A stretch of 63,524 nt of DNA, filler included, from Chiloscyllium plagiosum (lineage: Eukaryota): the NCBI RefSeq assembly GCF_004010195.1. It is 4 parts of one record of this genome, joined end to end, with 100 filler letters (N's around TTAATTAATTAA, not from the genome) between each part and the next. Parts side by side here need not be neighbours in the genome. Positions count along the whole stretch, not along the records: positions 20,677 to 45,885 come from NC_057716.1; positions 45,986 to 52,598 come from NC_057716.1; 2 more parts are not named here. The stretch is one strand, 5' to 3'. The notes below the pieces were generated by a model. That model searched no databases and was not told the DNA's origin. It saw nothing but the letters and a program-made list of their open reading frames with translations. Positions 38,763 through 50,941 of the stretch are shown piece by piece; position 1 is the first letter of the stretch; each line of letters begins with the position of its first letter. A program made the position numbers and the translations under genes.

Positions 38763-39118
38763 GCAGATGCTGGAGATCAGAGATGGAAATGTGTTGCTGG
38801 AAAAGCGCAGCAGGTCCGGAACCGACTTATCCCGCACGGACTCCGGACTACGTTCCGACCAACAAAACTTGGACCCAACCAGGACAACCAGTACCTACAA
38901 CAAATCCGAAGCCTCCAGCAACAGACCTCCCTCCGGATCCTCCGCTCCACGCTTGCAGCCATGCGCCGCTACCTACATTCCCTGCAACTCGACCTACCCC
39001 AGCTCAGGACAAAAAAATTTCGATTCCTGAAGAAGGGCTAATGCCCGAAACGTCGATTCTCCTGTTCCCTAGATGTTGCCTGACCTGCTGCGCTTTTCCA
39101 GCAACACATTTCCATCTC
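38763..39118. mobile_element. PLE-derived inverted insertion, family A, with an internal PLE ORF N-terminal fragment
   Basis: TSD ATAAAAATAAATCT at 38749-38762 and 39119-39132; internal open frame RNRLIPHGLRTTF..; hammerhead core at 39027-39054 (+). Confidence 0.85.
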
Positions 39119-40604
39119 ATAAAAATAAATCTATCAATCAGAATGATGCCGTGTCAGTGCAGCTTTGGTTTTGCATACATTCCTGTGTGGATTAGAGCTT
39201 TCACATTCTTGTGGCTGGGCATTGTTCTTCTCCACATCCACAGCTTAGTTAAGAATCTGTTTGCATGATGTATGATGCTGTCATTCCATACATTTGCATA
39301 AACACATGGATAGGAAAGGTTTGGAGGGATATGGGCCAAGCACAAGCAAGTGGGACTAGCTTAGTTTGGGAACATGGTTGGTATAGATCAGTTGGATTGA
39401 AGGGGTCTGCTTCCGTGCTGTGTGACTCGATGACTCTCGACTCTTTCACTCAAACACCCAATCACACTTGGCCTGTCTGAGCTGCTGGGGAGATTTCTCT
39501 TAAGTCCTTCTCGCACACTTTCTGTAGGAACATAATGTTAGCAACGTATTCATTCATCCAGAGTGGATATTATTATCCATCCCTAGTTGCCCTTGAGGAG
39601 GTGGTGGTGAGCTGCCATCTTGAACTGCTGCAGTCCACACACTGAAGGATCACCCACTCTACAAAAAAAAATAAAAGGACAGTGGATGCTGGAATTCAGA
39701 AAAGTTAATTTCGCTTTCTCTTCACAGATCCTGCCTGACCTGCTGAGCTTTTCCAGTGATTTCTGCTTTTACACTCAGTATACTGTCTAGAAGGGAGTCT
39801 AGGATCTTGGCCAGTAACAGTGAAGGAACGGAGATATACTTCAACAGCAGGAGGGAACCCTGCAGATGACAAACATTTAGGAATCTCCAAGGCCCAAAGA
39901 GGAGGTGGGTTCCAACCATCTGGAACGGCGGCATAGGCCGGGTGTGGTGGTCTCCCTGTGTGATGGTCTTCCTGTGTAGTGGTCTCCCTGTGCAGTGGTC
40001 TTGTCCCACCATGGTGAACACTCCCCTTTGTGGAGGTCTTCCTTGGCAGATTCTGTGTATTGCAGCAGCCTGAGGAATAGTCCAATCCCAGCGCAGACAT
40101 TCCGTCTTGGCATGGAGGTCTCATCCTTGCTTCGGAGGTGGCTTCCAGGTTTTCCCTGGCCCAGCGTGGAAGTCTAGTCCTGTTGTAGTGGAGTGGTCTC
40201 AGGCTGGCCCTGTGTGACAGTTGCAGCCTGATTTACTAGCATATCCCCAATCCAGGGGCCTTTAACCGAACTATGATGAACTTTTACTTTTTTTTATTTA
40301 TTATATGGCAGCTTATAAATCTTTTCAATGCATTTTTTTTGTAAAAGTACACATGACAATAAATTGCTATTCTATTCTATTCCTCCTGCAGTGTAGCAGT
40401 CCAAGGAGGCAGCTCCTTACTACCTTCTGAAGAGGCAACGAGGGACGGTAAATACTGGCCCAGCCTCCGACATCTGTTCTGCATGAATCAATTAGGAAAG
40501 ACTTGACTATGGCAATTTGTGCTTTGTTAATTCACACACTAAGACGTGGTCCAATTTCTGAGAGAGCACAGGGTAGATTGAGTGAGCTAACTGATGTTAG
40601 TTGT

Positions 40605-41188
40605 TCAAAGTTTGTGAGAAGATTTGTAGCTCAGGTGCTAGTTGTTGTGGTTCTGTTCGCCAAGCTGGGAATTTGTGTTGCAGACGTTTCGTCCCCTGTC
40701 TAGGTGACATCCTCAGTGCTTGGGAGCCTCCTGTGAAGCGCTTCTGTGATGTTTCCTCCGGCATTTATAGTGGTTTGTCTCTGCCGCTTCCGGTTGTCAG
40801 TTCCAGCTGTCTACTGCAGTGGCCGGTATATTGGGTCCAGGTCGATGTGCTTATTGATTGAATCTGTGGATGAGTACCATGCCTCTAGAATTCCCTGGCT
40901 GTTCTCTGTTTGGCTTTCTAGCCAGAGAACAGCCAGGGAATTCCTAGAGGCATGGCACTCATCCATAGATTCAATCAATAAGCACATCGACCTGAACCCA
41001 ATATACCAACCACTGCAGCGGACAGCTGGAACTGACAACCGGAAGCGGCAGATTCAAACCACTATAAATGCCGGAGGAAAGATCACAGAAGCGCTTCACA
41101 GGAGGCTCCCAAGCACTGAGGATGTCACCTAGACAGGGGACGAAACGTCTGCAACACAAATTCCCAGCTCGGCGAACAGAACCACAAC
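40605..41188. mobile_element. Penelope/Poseidon-type PLE inverted insertion (endonuclease C-terminus plus pLTR on both arms)
   Basis: Arms 40644-40908 and 40923-41188; 39-nt tail; TSD GATGTTAGTTGT at 40593-40604 and 41189-41200; encodes AREFLEAWHS...SINKHIDL.PIY.PL. Confidence 0.9.
41113..41152 (+). ncRNA. Minimal type I hammerhead ribozyme (identical copy on - at 40680-40719)
   Basis: GCA-CUGAGGA-U-GUCACCU AGAC AGGGGAC-GAAA-CGUC-UGC. Stem I is GCA/UGC, stem II has 6 bp with one mismatch, palindromic ACGU, predicted cleavage after 41149. Confidence 0.8.
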
Positions 41189-42189
41189 GATGTTAGTTGT
41201 ACTACAGTTGGAGGTAGCAGAGAAACTATGAAGCTGCTGAATTAAAAAGAGAACATTCTTGAGATGGTGCTATCATTGGTTGGGTTAGTCATTATTACTC
41301 ATCCCAAGATGCTCTCGACTAGATGATAGAGGGCACCTCTTGAATCATTGATTTCCTCAATCCTGTTATGTCGGGAATTCCAAGATGTTGACCCAACGAT
41401 GATGAGGAAGGAAAGATACACATCAGACAATCTGATTGCTATGGTTACCGTCGCTGTTTACTTCCTTGTTTCTGATGCCAGTGTATCCAGTCACCATGGT
41501 GGCACGTTTTGTTTGGTTATTGTTTCATCAAAAATACCAAACATAAATCAGCTCTTTTACAATAAAATCAAACACAAAGCAGAGTTGAAAAGCTGTGCGC
41601 TAAGTCATTGTTCAGAGAGGTCTATTGGTACATAATGTACTGACAGGCTTGCCATAGTCAGGTGACCTGTACCTGGGCTGTAACTAGTTTCTAACAGCTG
41701 TCACACAAAGGTCAGGCAATAACCATCACAAACAAGAGAGACTCTAACTTTTGTCCCTTGGTGTTCACTGGGATAGCCATCAGAATTCCCCCACTATCAA
41801 TATCCTGGGGTTACCATCGACCAGAAACTAACCTGTGTTAGCTACTCTGTTGTGGTGCAGTGCTAATGCCCCTACCCATGCTCCAGGTTCAAGCCTCACC
41901 TACTCCAGAGGAGTGTAATAACATCTCTGACAGATTGGTTAGGTAGCTTTCGTAGTATCCAGGACCTTCAACCATTTTATGATATTGTGTAGGAGGAACT
42001 GAATTGGCTGCAGACTGGTATGTGTGACGTTGAGGACCTCAGAAGGAGGTGATTTAGGAACATGGAGCAACAAATTTGTTCAATTAAGGTTTCATATGAA
42101 GTCAACGTAAATGTCCAAACAACCTGATGTTTTGTCATTCATGGGATGTGAGTGTTGCCCATTCTTCATTGGCATCATCAGTAGATGTA

Positions 42190-42680
42190 GAGCTGGAAGA
42201 GCACAGCAGGTCAGACAGCATCCGAGGAGCAGGAAAGTCAACCTTTCAGGTCAAAGCACTTCAGGACTGGGTTGAGGGGAGTGGAACCCAGCAATAGAAG
42301 GGGGGGGTTGCGGAGGAGGCTGAGGGAAAAGTAGGTAGGATGGTGATAAATGGATGCAGGTTACTGTGATTGGTCAGTGGGAATGGTGGAGTGGACAGGT
42401 GAGTGGGAAGATAGACAGGTTAGGTCAGGTCATGGAGGCGAGGGCTAGACATGGGATAAGGCTGGGATTTCAAAGCTGGTGAAGTCAGTATTGAGGTCAC
42501 TGGGCTGTAAGCTCCCCAGGTGGAATATCAGCTGTTGTTCCTCTAGTTTTTATTTGGTCTCACTCTGACTGTGGAGGAGGCCAAAGATGGACATGTCACT
42601 GGGGGGAAAGGAGGGGGAATTAAAATGGGTTGCGTTCAGATGCAGATACTCCATGAACCAGTCCCTGAGTCCTCTCTCTC
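42190..42680 (-). mobile_element. Degenerate Neptune-type PLE 3' end (pLTR plus endonuclease C-terminus)
   Basis: Family A-like pLTR followed by sequence encoding ATHFNSPSFPPSDMSIFGLLH. Confidence 0.7.
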
Positions 42681-42949
42681 TTCCCTGATTGGCAATGAAC
42701 TGAATAACTTGCAAGGGCCAAGCAGAGGGCCTGAGGAACATCATCGAACTGGATGCATTTTCACAACAATCAAGAATAGTTTCATGGTCACCAACACTGA
42801 GGCCAGCTTTTAATTCCAAATTTATTGGCCGGAATGAGTACATGATAAATATTTGTCAGGCCATTGGGAGAAATCACTTGAACTAATTAAATAACGCTAT
42901 GGCATCTTGAATAGCCAGGTGAAAAGACAAGTAAGGCCTCTTTTTTTAA

Positions 42950-43253
42950 AGATTAGATTCCCTACAGTGTGGAAACAAGCCATCGGCCCAACATGTCCTC
43001 ACCAACCCACCAAAGAGTATCCCACCCAGACCCATTCCCCTACATTTACCCCTGACTAATATACCTAACCACTATGGGCAATTTAGCATGGCCAAGTCAC
43101 CTGATCTGTACATCCTGGATTGTGGGAGGAAACCAGAGCAAATCCACGCAGACACGGGGAGAATGCGCAAACTCCACACAGTCACAGTCACATCAAAACC
43201 GGGTCCCTGGCACTGTGAGGCAGCAGTGTTAACCACTGAGCCACTCTGCCACC
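42950..43253 (-). mobile_element. HE1-type SINE
   Basis: tRNA head and central domain on -; (GATTA)n tail. Confidence 0.85.
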
Positions 43254-43799
43254 ACAAATGACTCTGTTGAATCTGGATGGTAAGTTGTTCACATATATTC
43301 CTGTGAGGGACGGGCAATAGACCTTTATGATAAAATACAGAAAGGTAAAGATGAAACAAATACTCCAATTTGAGTTTAATAATTAACATGTGATGATTAG
43401 TTTCGATCTTCTGCCTTGGTACAGACGGTGATTTTGCTCATTCCAAGTGTGTTCTGTCCTCACTTGTCAACACAGGTTCCCAGCTACAGAGGCTTACTAG
43501 CCTAGAGACAATGGACAATAGGTGCAGGAGTAGGCCATTCTGCCCTTCGAGCCTGCACCACCATTCAATATGATCATGGCTGATCATCCTTAATCAGTAT
43601 CCTAACTGATCCTAGAGGTGACACTGATGGTGTCACATCATGGGTAATTTTCCAAATCAGCAACTCCTCCACTAACATCACATATTAGATAATCATATCA
43701 ATGATGTGGCTCATGGGAATTAGCCCCTATCACACACTCAGATGTTGCACCAATGAAAACATTGAAGACATCCAGTGAAAATAAAAGTAAACTTCATCG

Positions 43800-44460
43800 A
43801 GGGACACAAAAAGTGACAACACAGGTGCCCAAGGTGGTTAAAGCGGCATATGGCATAGTTGCCTTCATCAGCTGGGGCATGGAGTACAAGAGTTGGCAAA
43901 TCAAGTTGCAGCGATATAAAACCATCCTTAGGCTGCATTTGGAGTTTTGGTTGCCACACCAGCAGAAGGTCGTGGAAGCTTTGGAGAGAGTGCAGAGAAG
44001 GTTCACCAGGATGTTGCCTCGTCTCGAGGGCATTGGCCTTGAGGAAAGGTTAAAAAGACTAGGATTGTTTTCACTGGAAAGACACTGGCTGAGAGGACAC
44101 CTGATAGAGGGCTACAAAACTATGACAGGCACAGAGAGGGTGGATAGTCTGAGGCTTTTTCCCAGGGTTGAAGTTTCAATTACAAGGGGACACAGGTGCA
44201 AGGTGAGAGGGGGAATGTTTAAGGGAGATGGGCGAGGGAGGTTTATCACACAGAGAGTGGGAGGAGACTGGAACCCACTGCCAGAAGAGGTGGGTGAAAC
44301 AGGCAAATTGGTGACATTTAAGAGGCAACAGGATGGTTACAGGAATACAGAGGGAATAGAGGGATAGGGACCGAATAAGGGCAGAAGGTTTGTTGTTTAG
44401 TTTAGTCTGGGCATGATGATCAGCACAGGCTTGGAGGTCTGTACTTCTCTTTAGCTCTTT
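43800..44460 (+). mobile_element. CR1 3' fragment
   Basis: ORF 43753-44367 is the CR1 ORF2 C-terminus. Confidence 0.88.
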
Positions 44461-44884
44461 TACACAGCAAAGCAGGGAAGGTGTTTGCTTTAACTTGATG
44501 GCATCCCGTTCCCAAACACTGAGTGCCAGCAGTGACCCACTTAGCTGCATGTTCTGGACTGCAGACACTGAAACACGTGGGCTGGCATTTCCAAGTGCAC
44601 TGCTGAAAGAGAGCAGCATTGTTGGAGGTGCCATCTTTCAGATGAGATGTTGACGTGTGGTCCCTTTCTGGCTCCATAGTTAGATTTAATATTTTCATCA
44701 GATATGGAACTTGTTGGCAGGGCCAGCAATTGGTGCCCATCCCTAGCTGGCCTGGAGAAGGTGGTGGTGAGCTGCCACGGTGCTGAGAGAGTGGAGGGGT
44801 GATGTAGGGGCAGCAATGATAGGGAGGACATTCTAGAATTTTGACCCAGTGACCTGGAAGGAATGGCGATGAAATTTCAAATTA

Positions 44885-45885
44885 TAGACAATAGACAATA
44901 AACAATAGGTGCAGGAGTAGGCCATTCTGCCCCTCGAGTCTGCACCACCAGTCAATATGATCATGGCTGATCATCCTTAATCAGTATCCTGTCCCTGCCT
45001 TATCTCCATAACCCTTGATTCCACAATCCTTGAGAGCTCTATCCAACTCTTTCTTAAATGAATCCAGAGACTGGGCCTCCACTGCCCTCTGGGGCAGAGC
45101 ATTCCACACAGCCACCACTCTCTGGGTGAAGAAATTTCTCGTCATCTCTGTCCTACATGGCCTACCCCTTATTTTTAAGCTGTGTCCTCTGGTTCGGCAC
45201 TCACCCATGTGGAAACATGTTTCCTGCCTCCAGAGTGTCCAATCCTTTAATAATTTTAGATGTCTCAATCAGATCCCCTCTCAGTCTTCTAAACTCAAGT
45301 GTATACAAGCCCAGTCGCTCCAGTCTTTCAGCGTAAGGTAGTCCCACCATTCCAGGAATTGACCTCGTGAACCTACGCCGCACTCCCTCAATAGCCAGAA
45401 TGTCTTTCCTCAAATTTGGAAACCAGAACTGGACACAATACTCCAGGTGTAGTCTCACCAGTGCCCTGTACAGCTGCAGAAGAACCTCTTTGCTTCTATA
45501 CTCAATCTCTCTTGTTATGAAGGTCAGCATGCTATTAGCCTTCTTCACTACCTGCTGTGCCTGCATGCTTGCCTTCATTGACTGGTGTACAAGAACACCC
45601 AGATCTCTCTGTACTGCCCCTTTACCTAAATTGATTCCATTTAGGTAGTAATCTGCCTTCCTGGTCTTGCCACCAAAGTGGATAACCATACATTTATCCA
45701 CATTAAACTGCATCTGCCATGCATCTGACCACTAACCTAACCTGTCCAGGTCTCCTTGTAATCTCCTAACATCCTCCTCACATTTCATCCTGCCACCCAG
45801 CTTAGTATCATCAGCAAATTTGCTAATGTTATTACTAATACCATCTTCTATATCATTAATATATATTGTAAAAAGCTGCGGTCCC
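44885..45885 (-). mobile_element. Young CR1 LINE, truncated by an assembly gap
   Basis: ORFs 45201-45713 and 44981-45268; (TAGACAA)n tail; its tail is also duplicated at ~43505-43605. Confidence 0.92.
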
Positions 45886-47422
45886 NNNNNNNNNNNNNNN
45901 NNNNNNNNNNNNNNNNNNNNNNNNNNNNNTTAATTAATTAANNNNNNNNNNNNNNNNNNNNNNNNNNNNNNNNNNNNNNNNNNNNTCTATATCTTCCATG
46001 TCCTTTTCCACAGTAAATACTGATGCAAAATATTCATTTAGTATCTCCCCCATTTTCTGCGGCTCCACACAAAGGCCGCCTTGCTGATCTTTGAGGGGCC
46101 CTATTCTCTCCCTGGTTACCCTTTTGTCCTTATTATATTTGTGAACCACAGGATGGATTTGGACGATATATAGACAGTGCGGTGTCCCATGCAGTTGCCT
46201 GCCTTTGTGTATGGGTGTATGAGGCCATGAAAAGATCAGCCATGATCTTATTGAATGGTGAAGCAGGCTCGATGGGCCGGATGGCCTACTCCTGCTCCTG
46301 GTTCTAATGTTCTTATGCGGGAACCCCTGGAATAAGCCAAGCCAACGTACCCAGAGTACGATGGGGGTCCAGACTGGCATTGTTTGCAAAGTGCTTGGGT
46401 CTTAATGTTGGATGAGGACACGATCGGGGGTCAATTTTGCACCTAATCCCCAGCCCCATCCCCAATATGTCCACCTCTGTCCCATCTCTGTGGTGGGTTT
46501 GTGAAAATGGCCGAATTTTACTTGTCACCTTTTCCCACCCTTGAGGAGATGGCTGGGAGCCCCCATGTTGTTGAACTTTTGCAGTCCGTGTGGTGAGGGT
46601 GCTGTTCGGGGGTGGGGGAGGGAGGGGGGGGGGGGGTGATCTTCTAAGGCTTTGTCCCAGAGATGATGAAAGGAACACTGATATCTTTCGAGAGACGGGT
46701 GAGAGGTTGAGAGGGAATCAGAGAAGGAGGGAAACTGCTGATTGGGCTGTCCCGGTTCTGCCTTGAGGCCTCACAGTCAAGGCCTCGTCTGGAGAGCTTG
46801 GTGTCACATCGAGTAGGGTTTGACTAACAATCCTCGCACAGAGAGAGAGAAAGACGGAGAGGGAGAGGGCAAAGGGATGAAGGAGAAATGGGGACAGGGA
46901 TCATAGATAACGGTGAGGGTGCATGCTGATTATTACAGTACAGGAACATCAGGAGATCCTGGCCCTCTTAGGAGTAAAGATGTCGATAGATTTGAGGATT
47001 GTCTCAGTTCTCTACAAGGATTGGCGCTGTAGCCAAGATTAATTGAGTAATTAATCAATCTCATTAATCTTTCAAAGGGAGTGCATTACTTTTGGCACAG
47101 GATAGTCCTGCAGAACACGCAGTGTTGACTCTGAAGAAATGAGTTCTGGTGAGGGAGGTCTTTCAGACAGGAATCCGTTTAATCCTGAAGATTGGACTCG
47201 GGATCAGGAGGAGAACATTCAAATTCACCAACCCTTTCCACTGTCCCGTTCCATCAGAGCTCACCTGTCCCAGAACTCCATTTATTCATGTCCAGAATTC
47301 TGCCATCCCCTTCCCAAAACAATCAAGCTCAACTGGGAGCCTTCCAACATGCCCCGAATCTCAACAGATTGTTTGCTTTTCTTGATGGAGGCTGGAAAGG
47401 AGAGGCTTCCAGATGTCAACAC

Positions 47423-49589
47423 CACTCCCTGTGAACAGTGCAGCACTCCCTCAGCACTGACCCTCTGACAGTGTGGCGCTCCCTCAGTACTGACCCTCTG
47501 ACAGTGCAGCACTCCCTCAGCACTGACCCTCTGACAGTGCGGCACTCCCTCAGCACTGACCCTCAGACAGTGCGGCACTCCCTCAGCACTGACCCTCTGA
47601 CAGTGCAGCACTCCCTCGCATCACTCTGAACACCCAGAACACTTTCAGCTCCGAACCCGGAAACCGCATTCATCACAGAAACACTTCAATAAGCAGCGCA
47701 CCCTCAGCACTGACCCTCCGACAGTGTGGCACTCCCTCAGCACTGACCCTCCAACGGTGCGGCACTCCCTCAGCACTGACCATCCGACGGTGTGGCACTC
47801 CCTCAGTACTGACCCTCCGACAGTGCGGCACTCCCTCAGCACTGACCCTCCGATGGTGCGGCACTCCCTCAGCACTGACCATCCGACAGTACGGCACTCC
47901 CTCAGCACTGACCCTCAGACAGTACGGCACTCCCTCAGCACTGACCCTCTGACAGTGCGGCACTCCCTCAGCACTGATCCTCCAACAGTGCGGAACTCCC
48001 TCAGTACTAACCCTCTGACAGTGTGCCACTCTCAGTACTGACCCTCTGACAGTGCGTCACTCCCTCAGCACTGACCCTCAGACATTGCGGCACACCCTCA
48101 GCACTGACCCTCAGACATTGCGGCACACCCTCAGCACTGACCCTCTGACAGTGCGGTACTCCCTCAGCACTGACCCTCTGACAGTGCGGCACTTCCTCAG
48201 CACTGACCATCCGACAGTGCGACACTCCCTCAGTACTGATCCTCTGACAGTGCGTACTCCCTCAGCACTGACCCTCTGACAGTGTGGCACTCCCTCAGCG
48301 CTGACCCTCCAACAATGTGGCACTCCCTCAGCACTGACCCTCTGACAGTGTGGCACTCCCTCAGTACTGACCCTCTGACAGTGCGGCACTCCCTCAGCAC
48401 TGACCCTCTGTCAGTGTGGCACTCACTCAGCGCTGACCCTCCGACAATGTGGCACTCCGTCAGCACTGACCCTCTGACAGTGCGGCACTCCCTCAGCACT
48501 GACCCTCTGACAGTGCGGCACTCCCTCAGCACTGACCCTCTGACAGTGTGGCACTCCCTCAGTACTGACCCTGTGACAGTGTAGCACTCCCTCAGCACTG
48601 ACCCTTCAACTGTGTGGCACTCCCTCAGTACTGACCCTACGACAGTGCGGCACTCCCTCAGTACTGACTCTCCAAAAGAGCAGCACTCCCTCAGCACTGA
48701 CCCTATGACAGTTCAGCACTCCCTCAGCAATGACTATCTGACAGTACGGCACTTCCTTAGCACTGACCCTCTGACAGTGTGGCACTCCCTCAGCACTGAC
48801 CCTCCGACAGTGCGGCACTCCCTCAGCACTGACCCCCTGACAATGTGGCACTCCCTCAGCACTGACCCTGTGACAGTTCAGCACTCCCTCAGCAGTGACC
48901 ATCTGACAGTGCGGCACTCCCTCAGCACTGACCGTCTGACAGTGTGGCACTCCCTCAGCACTGACCCTCTGACAGTGCGGCACTCTCTCAGCACTGACCC
49001 TCTGACAGTGTGGCACTCCCTCAGCACTGACCCTCAGCACTGACCCTCCGACAGTGCGGCACTCCCTCAGCACTGACCCTCAGACAGTACGGCACTCCCT
49101 CAGCACTGACCCTCAGCAGTGACCATCTGACAGTGCGGCACTCCCTCAGCACTGACCGTCTGACAGTGTGGCACTCCCTCAGCACTGACCCTCTGACAGT
49201 GCGGCACTCCCTCAGCACTGACCCTCTGACAGTGCAGCACTCCCTCAGCACTGACCCTCCAACAGTGCGGAACTCCCTCAGTACGGACCCTCTGACAGTG
49301 CGGCACTCCCTCAGCACTGACCCTCTGACAGTGTGGCACTCCCTCAGTACTGACCCTGTGACTGTGTGGCACTCCCTCAGCACTGACCATTCAACTCCCT
49401 CAGTACTGACCCTCCAACAGTGCGGCACTCCCTCAGTACTGACCCTCCGACAGTGCGGCACTCCCTCAGCACTGACCCTCTGACAGTGCAGCACTCACCC
49501 TCTGCCAGTGTAGCACTCCCTCAGTACTGACCCTCCGACTGTGCGGCACTCCCTCAGCACTGACCCTCTGACAGTGTGGCACTCCCTCA
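47423..49589. repeat. 33-bp minisatellite (about 60 units, in two blocks separated by 47618-47692)
   Basis: Unit CACTCCCTCAGCACTGACCCTCTGACAGTGCGG. Confidence 0.97.
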
Positions 49590-49595
49590 TATGTG

Positions 49596-50072
49596 GCATG
49601 GTTTACATCCATAATCGAGTGAGTTACAGACTGGAATTATTAGATTACGTAGATTAGATTACTTTCAGTGTGGAAACAGGCCCTTCGGCCCAACAAGTCC
49701 ACACCGACCCGCCGAAGCGTAACCCACCCATTCCCATACATTTACCCCTTTACCTAACACTACGGGTAACTTAGCGTGGCCAATTCACCTGACATGCACA
49801 TCTTTTGACTGTGGGAGGAAACCGGAGCACCCAGAGGAAACCCACGCAGACACGGGGAGAACGTGCAAACTCCACACAGTCTGTCACCTGAGGCGGGAAT
49901 TGAACCCGGGTCTCTGGCGCTGTGAGGCAGCAGTGCTAACCACTGTGCCACCCACTAATCTAATCAAGGGGTTCAGAGTGGTTTATATATGGAATAACAG
50001 ATACCTGGGAGTGAGTTACAGACTGGAATCTAATTGAATACTTTTAGATGGTTTATATATTGAATAACAGAA
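49596..50072. repeat. ~70-bp tandem repeat (2-3 units) interrupted by an HE1 SINE (49650-49953, -)
   Basis: GAGTGAGTTACAGACTGGAAT and GGTTTATATAT.GAATAACAGA recur; the HE1 copy is near full length. Confidence 0.75.
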
Positions 50073-50292
50073 GTGTTTATCACTGTTGTCATGTCGAAAA
50101 CACAACAGCTGATTTATGTGCAGCAAGCTCCCACAGTCAGCAATGTGACAATGAGTGAATCATCTAATGTTAGTGATGTTGGAGGAAGGAGGGAGGGCTT
50201 AAACATTCGCCTGAGATTGATGTTCAGGAATGCCTGTGTGACTCACTGGGCACTAGGACCCAGGAACTGGAAGCAGTGCCACTCAGAGGAAC

Positions 50293-50302
50293 ATATTTAT
50301 AG
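50293..50302 (+). promoter_or_regulatory. TATA-like / MEF2-like element (ATATTTATAG) upstream of the desmin-like ATG
   Basis: TATTTATA lies ~120 nt upstream of the ATG in non-repeat sequence; 9/10 match to MEF2 YTAWWWWTAR. An AP-1 site TGACTCA is at 50239-50245. Confidence 0.5.
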
Positions 50303-50414
50303 TGGGCTGGTTGGAGCTGCCGAGTTGTCAGATCTACGGCAGGCAGGGAGGTGAGCAGGGCGAGAGCGAGAGGGATAAGAACGCAGGAGGTGAGGAAGAT
50401 TTGAGGCAGACGCC

Positions 50415-50941
50415 ATGGCCTTTAGCACCACCAGCACCAGCTCCTACAGGAGAACTTTCGGGGGTAGTGTCCTGGGCTCTCCCCATCTCTCCAGGGCTTC
50501 CTACGCCAGTGGGAGACTGGGCGGAGGGGCATCTAACCTCTCCTCCAGCGTTCACATTTCCAAACCCACCGTGCTGCCCTCTTACTCCAGCTACCGGCTC
50601 AAGGCGCCGTCCCGGGGCTACGAGGTGGTGGACTTCAGTCTGGCCGATGCCCTGAACCAGGAGTTTGTCCAGACGCGCACCAACGAGAAGGCCGAGATGC
50701 AGCACCTGAACGACCGCTTTGCCAGCTACATCGAGAAGGTGCGCTTCCTGGAGCAGCAAAACAAGGTGCTGGTGGGCGAGGTGAACAGGCTGAAGGGCCA
50801 GGAACCCGGCAGGATCAACGATCTCTACGAGCAGGAGATGAGGGAGCTCCGGCGCCAGATAGACGCACTGACCAATGAGAAGGTCCGAGTGGAGGTGGAG
50901 AGGGACAACCTGGCTGATGACCTGCAGAAGCTCAAACAGAG
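50415..50941 (+). CDS. des: Exon 1 (head, coil 1A, start of coil 1B) of a type III intermediate filament protein, most similar to desmin
   Basis: ORF has the SSYRRTFGG head motif, [37 protein letters not shown] and [21 protein letters not shown]. Strong Kozak context (GACGCCATGG). It ends CAG AG|GTAGGA, a phase-2 donor at the conserved type III intron-1 position. Desmin vs peripherin/vimentin assigned from recalled motifs only. Confidence 0.85.

Noticed and set aside
47282..49494. Many 100-157 aa repeat ORFs (VRGSVLRECRT / HCQRVSAEGVP / HSLSTDPLTV)
   Set aside because: By-product of a 33-bp (multiple of 3) minisatellite that is open in several frames; not a gene.
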